A stretch of 32,798 bases of DNA from Thermodesulfobacteriales bacterium. Lineage in GTDB: Bacteria; Desulfobacterota_D; UBA1144; Nemesobacterales; UBA2774. The DNA is taken from positions 1 to 32,798 of the forward strand of contig SPCL01000002.1 of NCBI GenBank assembly GCA_004525335.1, read 5' to 3'. Position numbers and translations under genes: made by a program. The notes under the pieces are model-generated. The model had not been told where the DNA came from. It did not search any database and saw only the letters and a list, made by a program, of their open reading frames with translations. Below, in pieces: positions 26,001 to 32,798 of this stretch (the first letter of the stretch is position 1; each line of letters opens with the position of its first letter).

Positions 26001-26849
26001 ATGCCGACAGCTAAAACAACCACAAAGAAAGCTGCAGTAAAAAGAACCGTAAAGAAGAACCACGGTCTTGATCTAAAGAATGTGGTTTATCTAAAGAAGA
26101 GTAAGGTTGCCTACGTAACAATTAACCGCCCGGAGACTCGTAACGCGCTTAATACTCAAACTAGAGAAGAATTAGCCATGGCTTTTGAGGATGCATGGGT
26201 TGATGACAAGGTTGGAGTAATAGTTCTTACCGGTGCTGGAGGCAAAGCGTTTTCTGCCGGCGGTGATCTGTCCTGGATTCCTGATCCAAAGAAAAAAGTC
26301 GACAATAAATTTATGCTTGTCCATTACAGGCTGGCTACCGCTATGCGCTGCTGTGGTAAGCCTATCATTGCCAGAGTAGACGGTTACTGTGTAGGCGGCG
26401 GTAATGAGCTGAACATGCTGTGCGACCTAACTATAGCTTCAGACACATCAATTTTCGCTCAGGCCGGTCCACTCGTAGGGAGCGCGCCAATTTGGTACGG
26501 TATGCAGCAGCTCCAGCACTCAGTAGGAGACAAGAAGGCAAGAGAGGTAGTTTATCTTTGTGATCGCTACACTGCACAAGACGCCGCTGAGATGGGATGG
26601 GTAAATAAAGTAGTGCCAAAGGATAAGTTAGACGAAGAGGTTGGCGCTTGGTGTAAGAGTCTGCTTCAAAAGAGCCCGCAGTCTCTAAGAATCGCAAAAT
26701 TGCAGATCAATTTTGCTTCCGATATGGCTCATCCACAAATAACTCACGGTCTTGAGCTGGCAAGGTTCTTTATGAAAGCGCCTGAGATGGTAGAGGGGGC
26801 AAACGCATTTTTAGAAAAGCGCAAACCTGATTTCTGGAGCGTAAAATAA
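26001..26849 (+). CDS. crotonase-superfamily enzyme (MenB/BadI-like enoyl-CoA hydratase/isomerase family)
   Basis: 282 aa with the motifs VTINRPETRNAL, LTGAGGKAFSAGGD and DGYCVGGGNELNMLCDLTIASD. It has a Lys-rich N-terminal tail of about 25 aa. AGGAAGGAG lies upstream. Confidence 0.85.
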   Translation: MPTAKTTTKKAAVKRTVKKNHGLDLKNVVYLKKSKVAYVTINRPETRNALNTQTREELAMAFEDAWVDDKVGVIVLTGAGGKAFSAGGDLSWIPDPKKKVDNKFMLVHYRLATAMRCCGKPIIARVDGYCVGGGNELNMLCDLTIASDTSIFAQAGPLVGSAPIWYGMQQLQHSVGDKKAREVVYLCDRYTAQDAAEMGWVNKVVPKDKLDEEVGAWCKSLLQKSPQSLRIAKLQINFASDMAHPQITHGLELARFFMKAPEMVEGANAFLEKRKPDFWSVK

Positions 26850-26879
26850 TCTGCTTAAACTTACAATTGGGAGTATTTA

Positions 26880-27218
26880 ATGTCTAAGGAAGCCCAGATT
26901 AATTTTGTTGTAAAACTGGATGATGATAACTCACCTGCTGAGATTTTTTGGGGAGCTTCAGAGGCTGATTTTGAAGGCTTAAAGCCCTGTGAATCTCTCC
27001 TGATTTCTATGTGGGATCAAGTAGAAAAAAACACTATGAGCATTGATCTCTGGACAAAGGAGATGGAAGTAGGTGAGATGAGCGCTCATTATTATTTCAC
27101 ATTAATGAAAATGGCGGATACTTACCAAAGAGCAACTAAGAACGATGAGCTCTCTGAGATGATCAGAAGTTTTGCGAAAGAGTTTGCGATTAAAGTAGAA
27201 GAGCTGGCGAATAAATAG
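26880..27218 (+). CDS. GldC-like small protein
   Basis: 112 aa. The pattern INFxVKLDxxxxPxxIxW...SIDLWTKEMEVGEM...TYQRAT matches my memory of the Bacteroidota GldC family. This has not been verified by a search. Confidence 0.45.
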   Translation: MSKEAQINFVVKLDDDNSPAEIFWGASEADFEGLKPCESLLISMWDQVEKNTMSIDLWTKEMEVGEMSAHYYFTLMKMADTYQRATKNDELSEMIRSFAKEFAIKVEELANK

Positions 27219-27238
27219 ACTCTGTTAGCTTATTGTAT

Positions 27239-28168
27239 TCAAAAAGCCGACATGACCTCTTTTGCAAAAAATGTAAGGGTGTCGTGATTCATAATATCAG
27301 AGAAGAAAAGGGTGTATTTAGTAATACCTCGTTTTTCGTTCTCTAATATTTTTTCTATACATTGATCTGGCGTGCCCACTATGCCAAACTTGGAAATATC
27401 TCCAAAAAACCCATACCTTCTCTGACCCTTCTCAAGTTTAACAGCAAGCTCTGCTTCGTCTTTTGCTATCACGCAAACTGTTTGCTGAGAAATCCCTATA
27501 TCATTAATATCTCTCCCAACATCTTTGCAATGTTGTTTCAGCACTTGAAGCTTATGATCGTAAGCTTGGGCATGGTTTGCCGGACAGTTCCATTCATCAG
27601 CCAACTCAGCGACTAACCTAAGAAGATATTTCTCTCCGGCGCCCCCAATCATTATAGGCGGATGCGGGGTCTGAATAGGTTTCGGATTACAATATGCATC
27701 CTCTATACTGTAATGAGTTCCTTTGAAACTGGGCTTATCCTCTGTCCACATAGCTCTTATTATTTTTATAGATTCCGATAATTGTTCTATTCTGGTTTTG
27801 GTGTCCGGGAAATGGTAGCCATAGGCTTTATATTCAGGCTCAAACCAACCTGCTCCCATTGCAAATTCGAGTCTTCCGTTGCTGATAACATCAAAGGTAG
27901 AAGCCATCTTTGCCAGGAGCGCAGGGGGTCTAAATGAATTACAGAGAACCATGGTTCCTATCTTTATCTTCTCTGTAACACTCGCCAGTGCCGACATTGA
28001 AGTCCAGGCCTCATAAATATCCATTTCAACTGCGCCCATTCCTAAAATATGATCATAGAACCAGACCGAATGGTAGTCGAGCAAATCGCAAAGCCGCGCG
28101 GTTTCGCGAATCTCAGAAAAATCTATCTTCTGCTGACGCATCATTACTCCGAATTTAATTCTGCTCAT
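27239..28168 (-). CDS. LLM-class (luciferase-like) flavin/F420-dependent oxidoreductase
   Basis: 309 aa with a TIM-barrel LLM pattern: FGVMM, SVWFYDH, GRLEFAMGAGW, PPIMIGGAGEK. Confidence 0.85.
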   Translation of the reverse strand: MSRIKFGVMMRQQKIDFSEIRETARLCDLLDYHSVWFYDHILGMGAVEMDIYEAWTSMSALASVTEKIKIGTMVLCNSFRPPALLAKMASTFDVISNGRLEFAMGAGWFEPEYKAYGYHFPDTKTRIEQLSESIKIIRAMWTEDKPSFKGTHYSIEDAYCNPKPIQTPHPPIMIGGAGEKYLLRLVAELADEWNCPANHAQAYDHKLQVLKQHCKDVGRDINDIGISQQTVCVIAKDEAELAVKLEKGQRRYGFFGDISKFGIVGTPDQCIEKILENEKRGITKYTLFFSDIMNHDTLTFFAKEVMSAF

Positions 28169-28249
28169 CTGTTCACCCCGTTATGTAAGTAGTTAAGAGG
28201 ACAATTTAACAGAGCTAAAGTTCAGAATCAAATCTAAGATATATCCTGT

Positions 28250-28277
28250 TTGACACTACAGGGGGAATACTATAAAT
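28250..28277 (+). promoter_or_regulatory. candidate sigma70 promoter of the cyclophilin gene
   Basis: TTGACA at 28250..28255, a 15-16 nt spacer, then TATAAAT at 28271..28277. Confidence 0.35.
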
Positions 28278-28314
28278 TTAGAGGCCGAGAGAAACACTAA
28301 GGAGGCTAAAAGCC

Positions 28315-29034
28315 ATGTATAAGAGTTTAATCAGATATTTTGTAGTTGTGACAATTATTCTTTTCCTACCGACAGTATTTTTTCTAGCCGGTTGTAATCA
28401 GAATGGAACTGCAGAAAATGAAACTGTAAGCGAGACTCAACCCACATCATCTGAAACAGCACAAGATTCTCAAGTTGCGGAAAGCAATAGAAGTAGTGAC
28501 GCAAAGAATGATGAAGTGAGTGGCGATGACAAAGCAACACAAAATACAGGAGGCAATCCAGTGGTAATAATTAAAACTAATAAAGGCGATATTAAAATAG
28601 AGTTAGATAAGGAAAATGCGCCAATAAGCACAGAGAATTTCTTGACCTATGTTCAAGAAGGATATTATGACGGGACTGTCTTTCACAGAGTCATAAACAA
28701 CTTTATGGTTCAGGGCGGTGGTTTTACAACCGAGATGCAGCCTAAGTCTACAAAGGCTCCTATTAAGAATGAAGCTGATAATGGTTTAAAGAATGGAAGA
28801 GGTACAATAGCTATGGCACGTACACAAGATGTTAATAGCGCCACATCTCAATTTTATATTAACCAAGCGGATAATAAATTTTTAGATCACGGTAGAAGAG
28901 ATTTTGGTTATGCTGTTTTTGGTAAGGTCGTAGACGGCATGGATGTTGTAGATGCAATTGCAACAGTTCAGACCGGACCCGGAGATGTTCCTAACGAGCA
29001 AGTAGTTATGGAATCTGTAACTGTCGTAGAATAG
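28315..29034 (+). CDS. peptidyl-prolyl cis-trans isomerase, cyclophilin type, lipoprotein
   Basis: 239 aa. After lipobox LAGC comes a low-complexity linker, then a cyclophilin core with [15 protein letters not shown] and QFYIN. Confidence 0.92.
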   Translation: MYKSLIRYFVVVTIILFLPTVFFLAGCNQNGTAENETVSETQPTSSETAQDSQVAESNRSSDAKNDEVSGDDKATQNTGGNPVVIIKTNKGDIKIELDKENAPISTENFLTYVQEGYYDGTVFHRVINNFMVQGGGFTTEMQPKSTKAPIKNEADNGLKNGRGTIAMARTQDVNSATSQFYINQADNKFLDHGRRDFGYAVFGKVVDGMDVVDAIATVQTGPGDVPNEQVVMESVTVVE

Positions 29035-29055
29035 CGCTGCAGTGTTATTAGTTAT

Positions 29056-29652
29056 CTAGAGAACGCCCCTGAATGACCTTCTATGAATAGGGCAGGGGCC
29101 GTGTTCTCTAATAGCTTCGTAATGTTCTTTTGTTGGGTAGCCCTTATGGCCCTTGAAATTATATTCGGGGTATTTCAAATCATACTCCTTCATTATGGAG
29201 TCTCTGGTAACTTTGGCGATAATGGATGCCGCAGCGATAGAGCAAGATTTGGAGTCACCTTTAACAATTGTTTCCTGCATTAGTAAAAGTGAGGTTTTTT
29301 GATTTCCGTCTATCAGCAAATAATCCGGTTTGGTTGTAAGCTTTTTTACTGATATTTCCATAGCCAAAAGAGCAGCTTGTAGTATGTTAATTCTGTCTAT
29401 TTCCTCAGGCTCAACTATCCCAATGGCATAAGATATCGCAACAGACTTTATCTCCTCAAATATCCTCTCTCTCTTTGAATGGGAAAGCTTCTTTGAATCA
29501 TCAAGCCCTTTAATTACACAATCATCAGGAAGCACAACCGCAGCAGCTACGACAGGTCCTGCAAGCGGACCCCTTCCTGCTTCATCAACCCCGGCAGGTA
29601 TCTTCCCCTTTGCCCAAATTTTCTTCTCAAAATCAAGATTGGGAGGACTCAA
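29056..29652 (-). CDS. rnhB: ribonuclease HII
   Basis: 198 aa with GVDEAGRGPLAGPVV and the DDSKKL motif. The start is TTG with GGAG 6 nt upstream. Confidence 0.92.
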   Translation of the reverse strand: MSPPNLDFEKKIWAKGKIPAGVDEAGRGPLAGPVVAAAVVLPDDCVIKGLDDSKKLSHSKRERIFEEIKSVAISYAIGIVEPEEIDRINILQAALLAMEISVKKLTTKPDYLLIDGNQKTSLLLMQETIVKGDSKSCSIAAASIIAKVTRDSIMKEYDLKYPEYNFKGHKGYPTKEHYEAIREHGPCPIHRRSFRGVL

Positions 29653-29740
29653 CTCTATCTCCAGAAATTAAAGTGTGTTAAATAGACTTATAGTATGATT
29701 GTAACTACATAAGAGAAATTAGAGAATAGGTGCCGGCTAT

Positions 29741-30619
29741 TTAGCTAATCAAACCATAATCTGAAAGCGCCTGTTTAAGTTCATCATAATTATTTTGTGC
29801 CATTTCAGAAAGTGGAAGCCTGTATTCGTATTTGATCTTATCCATCATACTGAGTGCAGCCTTTATAGGGATTGGATTTGTTTCGATAAACAGTGCTTCG
29901 TTTAAAGGCAATAACTTATAGTGAAGATCCCTAGCTCTATCAAACTCTCCATCCACATAAAAATTATATAGATCTGACAGATCTTTTGGCGCAATATTAG
30001 CTGTTACACTGATGAACCCTCTTGCTCCAATTGTAAGTAGAGGGAAATTTAATGCGTCTTCCCCGGAGAGTACCAAGAAATCCATTCCACAAAGCTGAAG
30101 AATTTTGCTTGCCTGAGGTACTGATCCCGCAGCTTCTTTTACTCCTATAATGTTTTTAAAGTCCCCCGCCAGTCTTGCTATTGTATCAGGGGTCATATTC
30201 ACTCCTGATCTACCGGGGATATTGTAAAGTATTATAGGGATATCTACTTGAGAAGCTATTTGTTTAAAGTGTAGATAAAGTCCTTCCCGCGTGGGTTTGT
30301 TGTAATACGGAACAACTACAAGAGCTGCATCTGCTCCTATTTCTTTAGCAAAACGTGTAAGTCTAATGGCCTCTTTGGTACTGTTAGATCCCGTACCTGC
30401 TATTACCGGTACTCTTTTCTTTACTGTTTGTACTGTAAGCTCAATTACATATTCATGTTCTTCATGTGATAGGGTGGGTGACTCTCCGGTAGTACCGCAT
30501 GGCACGATCCCGTGGGTTCCATTTTCAATTTGGAATTCAATAAGATTTTTAAGAGCATCCTCATCAATTTTGCCGTCTCTAAACGGAGTAACTATCGCAA
30601 CTATTGAGCCGTGAATCAT
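29741..30619 (-). CDS. dapA: 4-hydroxy-tetrahydrodipicolinate synthase
   Basis: 292 aa with GTTGES, YNKP, YNIPGRSG and the active-site Lys region GVKEA. Confidence 0.95.
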   Translation of the reverse strand: MIHGSIVAIVTPFRDGKIDEDALKNLIEFQIENGTHGIVPCGTTGESPTLSHEEHEYVIELTVQTVKKRVPVIAGTGSNSTKEAIRLTRFAKEIGADAALVVVPYYNKPTREGLYLHFKQIASQVDIPIILYNIPGRSGVNMTPDTIARLAGDFKNIIGVKEAAGSVPQASKILQLCGMDFLVLSGEDALNFPLLTIGARGFISVTANIAPKDLSDLYNFYVDGEFDRARDLHYKLLPLNEALFIETNPIPIKAALSMMDKIKYEYRLPLSEMAQNNYDELKQALSDYGLIS

Positions 30620-30708
30620 AATAAATCTCCTCTGCTTTCAGTATATTTAAGCTTGGGGTTAAATCAAGATAATAATCAAATGTTCTTCAAATGGTGTAGT
30701 TTTTATTT

Positions 30709-31257
30709 CTAAAAGGCGTCTAATCTTGAGCCGCATTCTGAACAGTATTTACTCTGGCTGAGCACTTTGCTGCCGCACTTTCTGCAAAGAATATGTTCGT
30801 CGCTTGTGGTCTCTTTCTTTTGGGTCTTTGCATTTTCTATTGCTAGGTCTATTCTTTTATCTAGGTTCTCGCAATGTTCAGCCCCGGCTCTCATAAACTC
30901 AATAATATCCTCATTCCCAGGAGTTGTTATGGAAACTCTTGGCTCTGTGTCATCAAGCTCATAGAAAATCTGTGTGATATCCGAGAGCGCTATATCTCTA
31001 AACCTTTTGAAAGTAGAAGAGTTTTTGGCAATGATAATTCTATGGGTTGTCAGTATGAACCATGAATTGAAAAAAGTGTTGCTGTCTACGAATTTCGGTG
31101 CTCTGTAGACAGCTCTATAGTCCATAAGGGTTAATATTATCTTTTCATCATCTTTTAGGTATTTGTTGACACCATCTTGAATCTTTACGGGAAGCTCAGT
31201 GTAGTTATGAGCAACTATACTCCCCATAAAATCTTTGATCGTCTCCACTATTGCCAT
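30709..31257 (-). CDS. bacterial PH-like domain protein with C-terminal zinc ribbon
   Basis: 182 aa. The central region FILTTHRIIIAKN resembles YokE/bPH-type domains. The C-terminus is CRKCGSKVLSQSKYCSECG (CxxC-N10-CxxC). The ATG overlaps the asd stop by 1 nt. Confidence 0.6.
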   Translation of the reverse strand: MAIVETIKDFMGSIVAHNYTELPVKIQDGVNKYLKDDEKIILTLMDYRAVYRAPKFVDSNTFFNSWFILTTHRIIIAKNSSTFKRFRDIALSDITQIFYELDDTEPRVSITTPGNEDIIEFMRAGAEHCENLDKRIDLAIENAKTQKKETTSDEHILCRKCGSKVLSQSKYCSECGSRLDAF

Positions 31258-32279
31258 TATATATAGTCTCCGATTAAGAGCTCTGCAATTTGCACTGCAT
31301 TAAGCGCAGCGCCCTTTCTCAACTGATCCCCAACTACCCAAAAGCTAAGGCCATTTGGTATTGTATAGTCTTCCCTAATTCTTCCAACTATACAATCATC
31401 TGTTCCGGCGACATCAATTGGCATAGGGTATTTCAGTTCTGAAGGTTCATCGAAAACTCTTACACCCGGAAATTTGTTAAGAGCTTCTCTGGCTTCTTCA
31501 ACTGTGATTTTCTTTTCAGTTTCAATATTAACAGAGACTGAGTGCGCACGGAATACAGGAACCCTTACGGTAGTTGCAGTAAGAGCGATTTCACTGTCTC
31601 CAAGAATCTTCCTTGTCTCATTGTGGAGCTTCATTTCTTCCTTTGTGTATCCATTATCCAAAAAACTATCAATTTGAGGCAGTAAATTAAAAGCGATTTG
31701 ATAGGGGAATGTTTCAGCGTGAATCTCTTCTGAATTGGCCCAGGCAAGTGTTCGATTTTTAAGCTCTTCAATGGCCTGTGCACCTGCTCCAGAGACCGCT
31801 TGATAGCTCGATGCTATTACTCTTTTAATATTACCTAAATCGTGAAGGGGTTTTAGTGCCATCACAGTAACTGCAGTAGTACAGTTCGGATTGGCTATTA
31901 TACCCTTGTTCTTGTAGCCGGCTACAGCCTCTGGATTAATTTCCGGCACTACTAAAGGCACTCCTTCTTCCATTCTGAAGGCGGAACTGTTATCTACTAC
32001 GACGGCTCCGGCTCGTGCGGCAATTGGTGCGAATTCTTTACTCCTAGAGCTCCCTGCCGAAAATAGCGCAATGTCTATATCTTTAAATGAATTCTCATCT
32101 AGTTTTTGAATTTTAATTTTGCGGCCTTTGAACTCAAGCTCTTTTCCGGCTGATCTTTGAGATGCCAGAAGTCTTAGCTCGTTCACAGGGAAATTTCTCT
32201 GTTCTAATATCTCCATCATTTCCCGTCCGACAGCACCTGTAGCGCCAACAATAGCAATATTATAACTATCTTTCTTCAT
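31257..32279 (-). CDS. asd: aspartate-semialdehyde dehydrogenase
   Basis: It carries IAIVGATGAVG, the active-site motif NPNCTT and SYQAVSGAG. I prefer ATG 32279 (GGAG 6 nt upstream) to TTG 32291 used by the ORF track. Confidence 0.95.
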   Translation of the reverse strand: MKKDSYNIAIVGATGAVGREMMEILEQRNFPVNELRLLASQRSAGKELEFKGRKIKIQKLDENSFKDIDIALFSAGSSRSKEFAPIAARAGAVVVDNSSAFRMEEGVPLVVPEINPEAVAGYKNKGIIANPNCTTAVTVMALKPLHDLGNIKRVIASSYQAVSGAGAQAIEELKNRTLAWANSEEIHAETFPYQIAFNLLPQIDSFLDNGYTKEEMKLHNETRKILGDSEIALTATTVRVPVFRAHSVSVNIETEKKITVEEAREALNKFPGVRVFDEPSELKYPMPIDVAGTDDCIVGRIREDYTIPNGLSFWVVGDQLRKGAALNAVQIAELLIGDYI

Positions 32280-32314
32280 TACAATCTCCAAATGTTATTA
32301 TTCGTTCAATAAGT

Positions 32315-32761
32315 TTATTGTCGAGAATACTTTCTTTCTATCTCGCTTACTTTCTCAATATTAGGCTTTTCTTCCTCTTTTGGATTGGCGCTAAACCAAG
32401 CCTCTAATATTTCTTTGGCCACAGTTTGAGAAGTCACTCTAAGGCTCATCGCTAACACGTTTGCATCATTCCATTTTCTAGCACCTTGTGCAGTCTGAGC
32501 ATCACCACAAAGAGCAGCCCTAATCCCAGGGACTTTATTTGCTGCAATGCTGACCCCTGTGCCTGTCCAGCAAAAAAGTATACCCTGGTCACATGATCCG
32601 TCTTTAACCTTCTCTGCAACTCTCTGTGCAACCTCTGTCCACCCAATATCATCTTCATCTAGCGCGCCATAAAGTTCCAGTTCTATTCCCCTAGCTTTTA
32701 GCTCATCAATTACAAAATCTGTAAGATGGGTCCGTTCGTCACTTCCAACAGCAATCTTCAT
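32315..32761 (-). CDS. rpiB: ribose-5-phosphate isomerase B (RpiB/LacAB family)
   Basis: 148 aa beginning MKIAVGSDERTH, with CWTGTGVSIAANK and a GAR motif. GAGG lies upstream. Confidence 0.9.
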   Translation of the reverse strand: MKIAVGSDERTHLTDFVIDELKARGIELELYGALDEDDIGWTEVAQRVAEKVKDGSCDQGILFCWTGTGVSIAANKVPGIRAALCGDAQTAQGARKWNDANVLAMSLRVTSQTVAKEILEAWFSANPKEEEKPNIEKVSEIERKYSRQ

Positions 32762-32798
32762 TATTGCCTCGTTATATTTACTACGCCACTAGTTTAAA

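Noticed and set aside
30620-30708. I considered a lysine riboswitch or T-box upstream of dapA, and likewise at 32280..32314 upstream of asd.
   Set aside because: The spacers are only about 90 and 35 nt, far too short for an L-box aptamer of roughly 180 nt. No conserved stems are visible.
1-32798. I scanned the whole window for CRISPR arrays, IS or transposase genes, prophage genes, toxin-antitoxin pairs and known defence-system genes.
   Set aside because: I saw no spaced direct repeats, no transposase, integrase or recombinase-like ORFs and no terminal inverted repeats. Apart from 10.5-12.8 kb, the content is housekeeping, respiratory or stress genes.

Overview
This is an AT-rich, gene-dense chromosomal window. 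I call 35 protein genes and one tRNA. I found no IS elements, integrases, CRISPR arrays or rRNA. Most genes have strong AGGAGG-like Shine-Dalgarno sites. Several promoters look like TTGACA plus an extended -10 (TGATATAA).

Gene order, left to right:
- mtgA, gyrA, a hotdog thioesterase, a GST, tRNA-Gly(GCC), proB and mltG.
- A two-gene MoxR-type AAA+ ATPase / VWA operon on the minus strand.
- An alanine/sodium symporter.
- A small accessory patch: a lipoprotein, a 76-aa ORF, a PQQ-like beta-propeller and a ribbon-helix-helix (RHH) protein.
- A copper/redox block: copA, a cupredoxin-like gene, tpx, a DUF59 gene and bcp, followed by bioD.
- A complete alternative complex III (ACIII) operon, actABCDEF, plus a small ORF missing from the ORF track.
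- A MenB/BadI-like crotonase, a GldC-like protein, an LLM-class oxidoreductase and a cyclophilin.
- A minus-strand rpiB-asd-(PH/zinc-ribbon)-dapA-rnhB block.

The most unusual signal is at the MoxR/VWA junction. An 11-A tract holds a dnaX-type A_AAA_AAG slippery heptamer 7 codons before the ATPase stop. The -1 frame from that point is open for 69 further codons, has no start codon, and runs straight into the VWA ORF. This suggests frameshift, slippage or phase-variable production of an ATPase-VWA fusion, or else a homopolymer assembly error.

Other points worth a second look:
- A 47-aa single-TM ORF is translationally coupled to actF.
- An exact 20-bp element is shared by the tpx leader and the ACIII promoter region.
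- An orphan intrinsic terminator lies upstream of copA.
- A PH/zinc-ribbon gene is coupled into the asd-dapA operon.

All calls rest on reading the sequence and remembered family motifs. No searches were run.
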